Assembly (NCBI GenBank): GCA_043798795.1
Contig: JAZDOJ010000007.1
Coordinates: 28,259-92,258, forward strand
Length of the DNA: 64,000 nt
From: Candidatus Omnitrophota bacterium
Lineage (GTDB): Bacteria > Omnitrophota > Gorgyraeia > Gygaellales > Profunditerraquicolaceae
Reading direction: 5' to 3'
Both the position numbers and the translations under genes were made by a program. Positions 51,419 through 60,499 of the stretch are shown here, in pieces. The notes below the pieces were generated by a model. That model made no database searches. It had not been told where the DNA came from and was given only the letters and a program-made list of their open reading frames with translations. Positions within the stretch are counted from its first letter, which is position 1; each line of letters begins with the position of its first letter.

Positions 51419-52428
51419 TCCAACAGATCATAGAGTCGTTATCACAAGGTCAAAACTTAAGCAGCGCTTTCATGCAGTCCGTCATGGAAGAGATCATGAC
51501 CGGCAAAGTGGATACACAGGATATTGTTTCCTTTTTGACCCACTTAAGCCGTAAGGGCGAGACGGTGGAAGAGTTGACAGCCGCCGCTCTCATCATGCGC
51601 CAATACGCGACAAGCATACGTTCGTCGAAACATCAAGTGATTCTGGATACCTGCGGTACGGGCGGTGATCAGTCTGGCCTCTTTAATGTTTCTACGGCTG
51701 TTGCGTTTGTGGCTGCCGGTTGTGGCATTGCCGTGGCTAAACACGGAAATCGTTCGGTCTCCAGTTGTTGCGGCAGCGCGGATATCCTGGAAGCTTTAGG
51801 CATCGATATCCTGATGAGCAAAGAAAAAATTGAAAAGTGCTTAGATGGGATCGGCATCGCTTTTTTATTCGCTCAAAATCTGCATCCGGCCATGAAATAT
51901 GCCATGCCGGCAAGAAAACAGATTGGAAAAAGGACGATGTTTAATATCCTGGGCCCCCTGACGAACCCCGCAGGAGCCACGCACCAGTTGATCGGCGTCT
52001 TTGATAAGCGTTGGACTCAAGTGCTGGCTGAGGTGCTGGGTAACCTGGAGAGCGTTCACAGCCTTATCGTTCACAGCGAAGACGGCCTGGATGAAATAAG
52101 CACGATCGCAAAGACGCACGTTTCTGAGCAGCATAAAGGCACCATTAGAAATTACCAGCTGGACAGTGAGGCGTTCGGATTGAGAAGAGCCAGGCGGGAA
52201 GACCTGACAGGAGGAACGGTTCAGGATAATGCCAGGATATTGGTAGAGATCTTAAAGGGAGAGCCAGGTCCCAGGCGGGAGATTGTTTTATTGAATGCCG
52301 CAGCAGCTATTTACGTAGCAGATAAAGTCTCTTCCATCCAGGAGGCCCTCATACTTGCTCAAGAGTCCATTGATTCTGGTAAGGCTTATGAGAAGCTGGA
52401 ATTGATGAAGGCCTATTCTACAAGATGA
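51415..52428 (+). CDS. trpD: Anthranilate phosphoribosyltransferase
   Basis: [25 protein letters not shown] and KHGNRSVSS motifs; ATGA overlap with trpG. Confidence 0.95.
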   Translation: MIQQIIESLSQGQNLSSAFMQSVMEEIMTGKVDTQDIVSFLTHLSRKGETVEELTAAALIMRQYATSIRSSKHQVILDTCGTGGDQSGLFNVSTAVAFVAAGCGIAVAKHGNRSVSSCCGSADILEALGIDILMSKEKIEKCLDGIGIAFLFAQNLHPAMKYAMPARKQIGKRTMFNILGPLTNPAGATHQLIGVFDKRWTQVLAEVLGNLESVHSLIVHSEDGLDEISTIAKTHVSEQHKGTIRNYQLDSEAFGLRRARREDLTGGTVQDNARILVEILKGEPGPRREIVLLNAAAAIYVADKVSSIQEALILAQESIDSGKAYEKLELMKAYSTR

Positions 52429-53213
52429 AAAAGACAGATACGCTCAAAGAGATCGTTGCGAAAAAGAAGAAAAGGATCGCTTTGGCCAGGCAGCAATTTC
52501 CCGAAGAGGATTTAAAGGCTCGGTTAATGAACTTGGCGCCGACAAGGTCTCTGATGGAAGCGATCCATAAGCCCCGCACCATTTCCCTGATCGCCGAAAT
52601 AAAGAAACAGTCTCCTTCCCGTGGCACGATCCGTCAGGATTTCAACCACATGGAGATTGCCAAGGCCTATCAGGAGACAGGAGTCCAGGCTGTATCCGTC
52701 TTGACCGAAGAGGATTATTTCGCAGGAAGCCTTTCCACTATGAGCGAAGTCAGGAATCTGGTTGAGGCCCCTATCTTAAGAAAAGATTTTGTTTTGGAAC
52801 CCTATCAGATCTATGAGTCGCGTCTTTTCGGGGCCGATGCCATCCTGTTGATTGCGGACCTGTTGACCAAAGACAAGATATCAGAATTCCTGCAGATGGC
52901 CTCAGATCTGAAGATGCAGTGCCTGGTGGAGGTTCATACGGAAAAGGAGCTAAAAAAGGTTTTGAATCTGGATGTGCCGTTGATCGGCATCAATAATCGC
53001 GACCTCCATACGCTGGAAGTTGATTTTAAGACTACGGAGAGGCTTTTTCCTTTAATTCCAAAGGATAAAATCGTGGTCGTGGAAAGTGGGGTCAAGAGCT
53101 ATTCCGACGTCTTGTTTCTGAAAATCCTCGGGGTAGCAGCGGTCTTGATCGGCGAGGCCTTTATGGAGGCCCCCGATATAAAGAAAAAAATTGAAGAAGT
53201 GATGGGATGGTAG
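52425..53213 (+). CDS. trpC: Indole-3-glycerol phosphate synthase
   Basis: IAEIKKQSPSRG and LIGINNRDL motifs; 262 aa. Confidence 0.95.
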   Translation: MKKTDTLKEIVAKKKKRIALARQQFPEEDLKARLMNLAPTRSLMEAIHKPRTISLIAEIKKQSPSRGTIRQDFNHMEIAKAYQETGVQAVSVLTEEDYFAGSLSTMSEVRNLVEAPILRKDFVLEPYQIYESRLFGADAILLIADLLTKDKISEFLQMASDLKMQCLVEVHTEKELKKVLNLDVPLIGINNRDLHTLEVDFKTTERLFPLIPKDKIVVVESGVKSYSDVLFLKILGVAAVLIGEAFMEAPDIKKKIEEVMGW

Positions 53214-53226
53214 AGCCTAATTCAGA

Positions 53227-53243
53227 GTTCAGAGTAAACAAGT
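53227..53243 (+). repeat. AATTCAG AGTTCAG AGT 7-bp periodic repeat in the trpC-trpF spacer
   Basis: Read directly; same family as the repeats at 55074-55097. Confidence 0.5.
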
Positions 53244-53856
53244 GGTTAAGGTCAAGATATGCGGGATCACCAACTTAAAAGACGCCCTAGCTGCTCAAGA
53301 AGCAGGTTGCGATGCGCTCGGGTTTGTATTCTACAGGAAAAGCAAACGTTATATCTTACCCCTTAAAGCCAGGGGTATCATCAGGGTTTTGGATAAGGAC
53401 ATCCTGAAAGTCGGCGTGTTTGTAGATGCGAAAGAGAAAACAATAAAAAATATTGCGAACTCCTGTGCTCTTGATATACTACAGTTTCACGGCAAAGAAA
53501 CGCCTGCGTTCTGCCTGAAGTTTGCTGGATTCAAGGTCATAAAGGCGCTCAGGGTCAAAGATAAGATAAATCGGACTGACGTCCTAAGATATAAGACCTT
53601 CGGCTATTTGTTCGATACATACGTAAAGAAGCATCCGGGGGGCACAGGTAGGACCTTTGAGTGGAGTTTATTAAAGTTTTCTAATAAATTAAAGAAACAG
53701 GTATTCTTATCAGGTGGGTTAGACAAGGGAAACGTAAAAAAAGCCATAAGGATCGTGCGGCCAGCCTGGGTGGATGTTTCAAGTTCCGTCGAATCAAAGC
53801 CCGGCAGGAAAGACCATCAAAGGTTGCGTGCCTTTATCAAAGCTGCCAAAATATAA
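53242..53856 (+). CDS. trpF: Phosphoribosylanthranilate isomerase
   Basis: VKICGITNLKDALAAQEAGCDALGFVF N-terminus; GTG start. Confidence 0.9.
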   Translation: MVKVKICGITNLKDALAAQEAGCDALGFVFYRKSKRYILPLKARGIIRVLDKDILKVGVFVDAKEKTIKNIANSCALDILQFHGKETPAFCLKFAGFKVIKALRVKDKINRTDVLRYKTFGYLFDTYVKKHPGGTGRTFEWSLLKFSNKLKKQVFLSGGLDKGNVKKAIRIVRPAWVDVSSSVESKPGRKDHQRLRAFIKAAKI

Positions 53857-53879
53857 ATTTTTAAGTGAGGATCATTTAG

Positions 53880-55070
53880 ATGAAGAAGATGTTACCGGAT
53901 AAGAAAGGGCATTTCGGGGAATTCGGGGGCAGGTTTGTGCCGGAGACCCTCATTTATGCCCTGGATGAACTGGAGCGTGAATTCAGGAAGGCCAGGCACG
54001 ACAGAAAATTCAACCGCGAGCTGGATTATTATCTTAAGGAGTATGCGGGCCGGCCCACGCCTTTGTATTTTGCGAAGAATCTGAGTCGACTCTTGGGCGG
54101 AATAAAGGTTTATTTGAAAAGAGAGGATCTGTTGCATACGGGCGCGCACAAGATCAACAATACGCTGGGACAGGTTTTGCTGGCGCTTCGGATGAAAAAG
54201 TCACGCGTCATCGCAGAGACGGGCGCGGGGCAGCATGGCGTGGCTACGGCAACCGTGGCGGCGTTGTTTGGCTTGACGTGTGATATTTACATGGGGGAAG
54301 AAGATATAAGACGGCAGAGCCTCAATGTTTATCGTATGAAATTATTAGGTAGCCGCGTCATTCCGGTCGCAAGCGGGACAAAGACGCTCAAGGATGCCAT
54401 GACCGAGGCTTTAAGGGATTGGGTGACGAATGTGCGTAAGACCCATTATATCATAGGTTCTGTTGCAGGTCCCCATCCGTATCCGGTCATGGTGCGTGAT
54501 TTTCAGGCCGTCATCGGTCGGGAGGCAAGGTCTCAGATTCTCAAGAAAGAAAGCCGGCTCCCCGATTATCTGGTGGCATGCGTCGGCGGGGGCAGTAATG
54601 CCATGGGTTTGTTCCATCCTTTCTTTAATGATAAAAAGGTCAAAATGCTTGGTGTTGAGGCTGCGGGAACAGGGCTTGCTTCCGGCCGGCACTCCGCCAG
54701 TCTGGTTGCGGGAAGGCCGGGAGTCTTACACGGCTCAAAATCCGACCTTCTGGAAGATAGATTCGGTCAGATTAAAAACGCCTACTCGATTGCTCCAGGC
54801 CTGGATTATCCGGGCGTAGGCCCTGAGCATGCCTATTATAAAAGAATAGGCCGGGCGCGGTATGTCGCGGTTAGAGATGAAGAGGCCCTGGAAGGTTTTA
54901 AGCTTCTTTCGGAGGTAGAAGGGATTATTCCTGCCCTTGAGCCAGCGCATGCGATTTTTTATCTGAAGAAATTGAGAGGCAAAATAAATAAGAACTCCCT
55001 TATCATCGTCTGCCTTTCGGGAAGAGGGGATAAAGATACGCCTGTCGTAGCTCAGAGATTGAGATTATAA
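53880..55070 (+). CDS. trpB: Tryptophan synthase beta chain
   Basis: PLP-lysine region HTGAHKINN, and [10 protein letters not shown]. Confidence 0.95.
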   Translation: MKKMLPDKKGHFGEFGGRFVPETLIYALDELEREFRKARHDRKFNRELDYYLKEYAGRPTPLYFAKNLSRLLGGIKVYLKREDLLHTGAHKINNTLGQVLLALRMKKSRVIAETGAGQHGVATATVAALFGLTCDIYMGEEDIRRQSLNVYRMKLLGSRVIPVASGTKTLKDAMTEALRDWVTNVRKTHYIIGSVAGPHPYPVMVRDFQAVIGREARSQILKKESRLPDYLVACVGGGSNAMGLFHPFFNDKKVKMLGVEAAGTGLASGRHSASLVAGRPGVLHGSKSDLLEDRFGQIKNAYSIAPGLDYPGVGPEHAYYKRIGRARYVAVRDEEALEGFKLLSEVEGIIPALEPAHAIFYLKKLRGKINKNSLIIVCLSGRGDKDTPVVAQRLRL

Positions 55071-55073
55071 GAG

Positions 55074-55097
55074 AGTTCATAGTTCAAAGTTCATAGT
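55074..55097 (+). repeat. AGTTCAT AGTTCAA AGTTCAT AGT: 3.4 tandem copies of a 7-bp unit in the trpB-trpA spacer
   Basis: Read directly from 55074-55097. Confidence 0.85.
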
Positions 55098-55122
55098 AAA
55101 ATCAAAATCAAGAACAAAAACA

Positions 55123-55908
55123 ATGAACAGAATTGATAAAAAGTTCAGGGAATTAAGAAGGGCGCATAAAAAAGCTTTTATTGCTTTCATCACTGCCGGA
55201 TACCCAAATTTACAAACGACCCGGAAACTTATCCTAGAATTTGCCAAAAAAGGCGTGGATATAATCGAACTGGGAGTGCCCTTTTCGGACCCCTTGGCAG
55301 ATGGCCCCATCATCCAGGAGGCCTCCCAAAAATCCCTAGAAAGAAATACACATCTTATAGACATCCTGCGCTTGGTTAAAGGCGTACGCCATTCCGTTGA
55401 TATCCCCCTTTGCCTTATGACCTACTTCAATCCCGTATTCTGTTTTGGTGAAAAAAAGTTTATTGATCAGGCGGCATCTTGCGGGGTGGATGGTTTGATT
55501 CTTCCGGACCTCACGCCCGAGGAAGGAATATCTTTCGCGCGCTACGCCCGAAAGAAGGAGTTGAATATTATCTATTTTCTTTCACCTACCAGCACACCCA
55601 AAAGAATGAAATATATATCGGGCATCTCTCGAGGCTTTATTTATTATGTTTCTTTGACGGGCGTCACCGGTGCAAGAAAGGATCTGCCAACGGACATCAT
55701 CCAAAAGATTCGCGCGATTAAAAAAATAACGGCAAAATCCGTCTGCGTGGGGTTCGGCGTATCCCGTCCGGAACAGGTCAGGCAGATTCAGAAATTCGCC
55801 GATGGTGTTATCGTCGGAAGCGCTATCATCCAGAAGATAAAGCAGCATATCCAAGACCCTCGCCTTGTCCAGAAAGTCAGCCAATTCGTCTCTTATCTTA
55901 AGTCTTAA
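55123..55908 (+). CDS. trpA: Tryptophan synthase alpha chain
   Basis: FITAGYPNL, ELGVPFSDPLADGPIIQ and GFGVS motifs. Confidence 0.95.
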   Translation: MNRIDKKFRELRRAHKKAFIAFITAGYPNLQTTRKLILEFAKKGVDIIELGVPFSDPLADGPIIQEASQKSLERNTHLIDILRLVKGVRHSVDIPLCLMTYFNPVFCFGEKKFIDQAASCGVDGLILPDLTPEEGISFARYARKKELNIIYFLSPTSTPKRMKYISGISRGFIYYVSLTGVTGARKDLPTDIIQKIRAIKKITAKSVCVGFGVSRPEQVRQIQKFADGVIVGSAIIQKIKQHIQDPRLVQKVSQFVSYLKS

Positions 55909-55910
55909 CC

Positions 55911-57179
55911 ATGTATAAAAAGACACTTTTACATAATGGTTTAAGGGTCGTTAGTCACCGTATGCCGGCCATGCAATCCGTGGCTTTGGGTATCTGGATT
56001 AAGGTAGGGGGCCGATATGAATCGGGACGCAACAAAGGCATATCTCATTTTCTAGAGCACCTTCTATTTAAAGGGAGCAAGAAATTCTCTTATCGTAAAC
56101 TTAAGGAATCCATTGAGGGGGTGGGAGGATCTCTCAATGGGTTCACCTCAGAAGAGTTTACCTGTTATTTGGCTAAGATACCGTCGCGCCACATAGAGAT
56201 CGCTTGGGATGTTTTGTCGGATATGGCTTTGAATCCGCTTCTGCCGGCCCAAGAAGTAGAAAAAGAAAGGACCGTTATTCTAGAAGAAATCAAGATGTAC
56301 AAAGACCAGCCCCAGGCGTATGTCTATGAATTACTAGTGGGATTGCTTTGGCCGGCTCAACCTCTGGGAACTCCCATTATTGGTACGAGGGACTCCGTCA
56401 CCAAGATGAAAAGAGGAGAAATTCTTTCCTTCAAGGAACGATTTTATACTCCTCTTAATATGGTGATCAGTGCTGCCGGTCAGCTGAAACACGAAAAGCT
56501 CGTGAGGCTGGCACAGAGGACCTTTTCTGATGTCCAAGAAGGCTCTCCCAACGATTTTGTAAGAGCCAAAGAAAATCAGGAATCGCCCTCCCTCAAGATT
56601 TTCCACAAGGAAACAGAACAGAGCCACATGGCTTTAGGATTTCACAGCCTTAAACGGGATCACTCGTTACGGCACGCGTTGGGGATCCTGAATATTGTTT
56701 TGGGCGCGAATATGTCCAGTCGTCTGTTTAATGAGATCAGGGAGAAGAGGGGGTTGGCCTATGAAATCGGCACACTCGTAAAGCGCTATCTGGACACAGG
56801 GGTCTTTCTGGTGCATGCAGGAATAGATAACGCAAGAGTCCAAGAAGCCGTTTCATTGATCTTAGGGCAGCTGAAGCTTTGTAAAAAAGAGTTGATCAGC
56901 ACAGATGAATTCAGGCGTGCCAAGGAATTTTATCTGGGGCAGCTGATGCTGGCTTTGGAAGATACGCTGGACCACATGCTCTGGATCGGCGAGACCACCA
57001 TAAGCCTGGGGCGCTCTTACACGCCAAGCGAAATCATCAAAGAGGTCGATAAGGTCAACAGAGAAGATGTGCGGTTGGCGGCGAGAGCCATTTTTCAGGA
57101 AAGAAAACTCAAAATGGCCCTGATCGGCCCTTTGCAGGACAGTCACCATAAAATCCAGAAGGAGCTAAGGATCGATTGA
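55911..57179 (+). CDS. M16-family zinc peptidase (insulinase/pitrilysin-like)
   Basis: Inverted zinc motif HFLEHLLFKG (HxxEH) and downstream Glu; 422 aa. Confidence 0.85.
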   Translation: MYKKTLLHNGLRVVSHRMPAMQSVALGIWIKVGGRYESGRNKGISHFLEHLLFKGSKKFSYRKLKESIEGVGGSLNGFTSEEFTCYLAKIPSRHIEIAWDVLSDMALNPLLPAQEVEKERTVILEEIKMYKDQPQAYVYELLVGLLWPAQPLGTPIIGTRDSVTKMKRGEILSFKERFYTPLNMVISAAGQLKHEKLVRLAQRTFSDVQEGSPNDFVRAKENQESPSLKIFHKETEQSHMALGFHSLKRDHSLRHALGILNIVLGANMSSRLFNEIREKRGLAYEIGTLVKRYLDTGVFLVHAGIDNARVQEAVSLILGQLKLCKKELISTDEFRRAKEFYLGQLMLALEDTLDHMLWIGETTISLGRSYTPSEIIKEVDKVNREDVRLAARAIFQERKLKMALIGPLQDSHHKIQKELRID

Positions 57180-58204
57180 TGGATTCGGTATTGACCCTGC
57201 CTAACATCCTTTTATTGTTAATTCTGGCGCTCGTATCCTTTCTCTTTTCCGCATCGGAAACATCCGTCATTAAATTAAGCAAAATAAAACTGCGCCATAT
57301 GGTGGCTAAGGGCGTCAAGCGGGCTAAGTACGTCCAGCGCCTGGTGGCCAATCTCGACAAGTTTATTGTGGGGATCCTGGTGGGTAACAATTTCGTCAAT
57401 ATCGCCATCTCCGCCATCGTGACGGCTATCTTTGTCAGCTTCCTTGGTTTTCGCTGGGGGATTATTGCGGCTACCCTCGTGACCAGTCTGTTCATTCTGA
57501 TTTTTTGCGAGATAGCCCCCAAGATCTTAGCCATCAAGCTTACGGAGAAGATGGCTTTATGGACAGCTCCCTTTATGGGAGTGTTCCTTAAGGTCTTTCA
57601 TCCCATCATCATCATTTTTACCGGAATAAGCAACCTTATTTTAAGAATATTCAATATCACTTCTCCCAAGAGGTCCCCCTTGATAACCGAAGAGGAGCTG
57701 AAACTGATGATTGAGATCGGCAGGGAGGAAGGGGTTGTAAGCGATGAAGAAAGGAAGATGTTGTATCGCATTTTCAAATTCGGGGATACTCAGTTGAAGG
57801 AGGTGATGATCCCCAAGGATAAAATCGTCGCGGTGAATCTTAAGGTGACGGCGGAAGAGCTCTTGAATATCTTTGTCGAAGAAGGCCATGCCAGGTTACC
57901 GGTTTATGAGGAATCCATGGACAGGATCATAGGCATCATCTATGCGAGCGACCTTCTTTATCTAATCAGGGACAAGGGCCTTTTCCTGATCCAGGACCAC
58001 ATACACGAGCCGCGTTATGTAAGAACAACCATGCGCGTGAATGAACTTCTGCTGGATTTTCAAAAGGACAAGATCCAGATCGCCATCGTGGTGGATGAGC
58101 ATAAAAATACCTTGGGCCTGGTGACTCTGGAGGACTTGCTTGAGGAAATTGTGGGGGAGATCGAAGAGAGGCATGTGAACCACGCCCCTAAAAATAAAAG
58201 TTAA
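57179..58204 (+). CDS. DUF21 (CNNM) transmembrane + tandem CBS domain protein (CorC/TlyC family) lacking the C-terminal CorC_HlyC domain
   Basis: Four TM helices, then a CBS pair; ends at LEDLLEEIVGEIEE, where a CorC_HlyC domain would normally begin. Confidence 0.8.
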   Translation: MDSVLTLPNILLLLILALVSFLFSASETSVIKLSKIKLRHMVAKGVKRAKYVQRLVANLDKFIVGILVGNNFVNIAISAIVTAIFVSFLGFRWGIIAATLVTSLFILIFCEIAPKILAIKLTEKMALWTAPFMGVFLKVFHPIIIIFTGISNLILRIFNITSPKRSPLITEEELKLMIEIGREEGVVSDEERKMLYRIFKFGDTQLKEVMIPKDKIVAVNLKVTAEELLNIFVEEGHARLPVYEESMDRIIGIIYASDLLYLIRDKGLFLIQDHIHEPRYVRTTMRVNELLLDFQKDKIQIAIVVDEHKNTLGLVTLEDLLEEIVGEIEERHVNHAPKNKS

Positions 58205-58235
58205 AGAAGCTGGGCGCATTTTACCTACGAATCTG

Positions 58236-58264
58236 TTGACACGCATGTGAACCTGTGATAAGAT
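58236..58264 (+). promoter_or_regulatory. Sigma70-like promoter TTGACA - 17 bp - TAAGAT upstream of the small zinc-ribbon ORF
   Basis: Consensus -35 with 17-bp spacer read directly; AGGAGG SD at 58298-58304. Confidence 0.5.
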
Positions 58265-58307
58265 TGTAAAAGTATTTAAGAACTTAAGGTTAAAAAGAGG
58301 AGGAGCA

Positions 58308-58457
58308 ATGGCAGAAAAAGGTTATTGCGTCAAATGCAAAGGTAAAAAGGAAATGAAGGATGAGCAAAAAGTGACCATGAAAAATAAGCGTTTAGCCATG
58401 AAAGGGAAATGCCCTGATTGCGGAACGGGCATGTACAAGATTCTAGGAAACAAATAG
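58308..58457 (+). CDS. Small (49 aa) Lys-rich zinc-ribbon protein (C-x2-C ... C-x2-C), absent from the ORF track
   Basis: MAEKGYCVKCKGKKEMKDEQKVTMKNKRLAMKGKCPDCGTGMYKILGNK; perfect AAAGAGGAGGAG SD 5 nt upstream of the ATG. Confidence 0.65.
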   Translation: MAEKGYCVKCKGKKEMKDEQKVTMKNKRLAMKGKCPDCGTGMYKILGNK

Positions 58458-58482
58458 TCGTTTTTAAGGAGGTCGACTACTC

Positions 58483-58845
58483 ATAGAGCCAAAGGATTTA
58501 GCATTTCGCATCACAGCGGCAGCCAGAGCCAAAAAAGCGCAGAAGGTTCTGGTTTTGGATATGCGTCGAGCTTCCAGCTTCTGTGATTACTTTGTTATCT
58601 TAAGTGGCACCTCCCTCAGGCACGTGAACGCCCTGGCGCAGGCCATAGAGGCTGTTTTAAATAAAGACAGGATAAAATCTCTCTCAAAGGTGTCACCTAA
58701 CGACGAATCCGGCTGGGTGGTCTTAGATTATGTGAGCGTCGTCGTTCATATCTTTTATAAACCGATGAGAGAGTTTTATTCTTTAGAGCGCCTCTGGTCG
58801 GACGCCAAAAGGGTACGGGTTCCTCGAAGCATTCCTACCGCTTAA
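58483..58845 (+). CDS. rsfS: Ribosomal silencing factor RsfS (Iojap); start codon uncertain and non-canonical
   Basis: DYFVILSGTSLRHVNALAQAI and VVLDYVSVVVHIF motifs; conserved N-terminal region (DLAFRITAAARAKKAQKVLVLDM) lies in-frame upstream of the track's TTG, and the frame is open from 58468 with no ATG. Confidence 0.7.
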   Translation: MEPKDLAFRITAAARAKKAQKVLVLDMRRASSFCDYFVILSGTSLRHVNALAQAIEAVLNKDRIKSLSKVSPNDESGWVVLDYVSVVVHIFYKPMREFYSLERLWSDAKRVRVPRSIPTA

Positions 58846-58853
58846 AAACCATC

Positions 58854-60491
58854 ATGAAGCAGAGCATTCAGGATGTTTTGATAAAAATAACGGGTGAGGC
58901 CTTGAAGGAGCTTGAGGTCGCTCAAGAGGCCCCTGTGGATATTTATCTTGATTTTCCAACAGACGTGCGCTTCGGAGATTTATCGACCAGCATTGCCCTT
59001 CGTTTGAGTAAGCAGGTTCAAAAACCTGCGGCCGAAATTGCCCGGACTTTGGTCGATTCCATAAGGAAACAGTTGGCCATGAGCCCTGCCCGAAATGTGG
59101 TCCAGCAGGTCAAGGTTGAGGGAGCCGGTTTCATCAATTTTTATTTAGAAGACGGATATTTTTATGAGCAGTTAAAGGATTTGTTAACGAGGGGGGATGA
59201 GGCTCTAAAAGCGGACCTCGGGAGAGGGAAAACTGTTCTGATTGAGTTTGTCAGCGCCAATCCCACAGGTCCTTTATCGGTGGCTCACGCCCGGCAGGCA
59301 GCTGTCGGAGATTCTTTAGCCAATATTTTGGATTTCTTGAACTTCAAGGTCAAAAGGGAATATTACCTGAATGACGAAGGGAATCAGATCGAAATCCTGG
59401 GTCGTTCCGTTGAGCTGAGGCTTAAGGAACTGGAGGGGGAGAAAATTGATTTTCCTCAAGACCATTATCAGGGAGACTACATTTACGATATAGCCAGAAA
59501 ATTCAAAACAGAAGATCCAGAGTCCAAGAATCTGGGGGAATTTGCGGCGGATTATTTATCGGATATTATAAAAAAAGAGCTGGGTGATTTTGGAGTGCGG
59601 TTTGATTTCTGGTATTCCCAGAAGAAACTCCGGGAGAGCGGCTCCATCGGTCAGGCGCTCGAGGGATTAAAGCAAAAAGGATTTCTCTATGAGCAGGAGG
59701 GGGCCCTGTGGTTTAAGTCTACTGAATTCGGGGATGATAAGGACAGGGTGGTGGTCAAGAGCGACGGTGCGTATACGTACTTAGCTCCCGATATGGCTTA
59801 TCATCAGGACAAATACGCGCGTGGCTTTCACTGGCTGATCAATCTCTGGGGCCCTGACCATCACGGTTACATCAGAAGGCTCAAAGCCGCTGTCCAGGCC
59901 ATGGGCCATGAATCGATGAGCCTGACGATCTTGATCGTGCAATTAGCGTCTCTGTTTAAGGATGGCCAGTCCTTGGAGATGTCCACACGCAAAGGTCAAT
60001 ACATTTCCCTCAGAGAAGTTCTGGATGAAGTGGGCGTGGATGCCGCCCGGTTCTTTTTTCTGATGCGCCGGATCTCCAGCCACCTGGATTTTGATTTGGG
60101 GTTGGCCAAGAAACAAACGCCTGAGAACCCCGTTTATTATATTCAGTACGCCCATGCCCGCATCTGCAGCATCCTTAAAGAAAGCTCTCTCAGATTAAAT
60201 AAAGAGGCGTCCTTGTCCCTCCTTAAGGAAAAAGAAGAAATAAACCTGATAAAGAAATTACTACAGTTCCCGTACATATTGAATATTTGCTTGATGACCA
60301 CAGACCCTTATATGTTGACAGTATACCTTCAGGAGCTTTCCGAGACCTTCCATAAGTTTTATGACCTGCACCGCGTTCTGGGCCAGGAAAAGGCGCTGAC
60401 AGAAGCGAGGCTTTCTCTCATCGAGGCCACCCGGCTCGTTATTGCTCAAGGGTTAGAACTCCTGGGAGTTTCCAGGCCCCAGAGCATGTAA
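58854..60491 (+). CDS. argS: Arginyl-tRNA synthetase
   Basis: Class I HIGH-type motif (SANPTGPLSVAHAR), anticodon-binding DALR C-terminus; 545 aa. Confidence 0.95.
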   Translation: MKQSIQDVLIKITGEALKELEVAQEAPVDIYLDFPTDVRFGDLSTSIALRLSKQVQKPAAEIARTLVDSIRKQLAMSPARNVVQQVKVEGAGFINFYLEDGYFYEQLKDLLTRGDEALKADLGRGKTVLIEFVSANPTGPLSVAHARQAAVGDSLANILDFLNFKVKREYYLNDEGNQIEILGRSVELRLKELEGEKIDFPQDHYQGDYIYDIARKFKTEDPESKNLGEFAADYLSDIIKKELGDFGVRFDFWYSQKKLRESGSIGQALEGLKQKGFLYEQEGALWFKSTEFGDDKDRVVVKSDGAYTYLAPDMAYHQDKYARGFHWLINLWGPDHHGYIRRLKAAVQAMGHESMSLTILIVQLASLFKDGQSLEMSTRKGQYISLREVLDEVGVDAARFFFLMRRISSHLDFDLGLAKKQTPENPVYYIQYAHARICSILKESSLRLNKEASLSLLKEKEEINLIKKLLQFPYILNICLMTTDPYMLTVYLQELSETFHKFYDLHRVLGQEKALTEARLSLIEATRLVIAQGLELLGVSRPQSM

Positions 60492-60499
60492 GCTGATCC

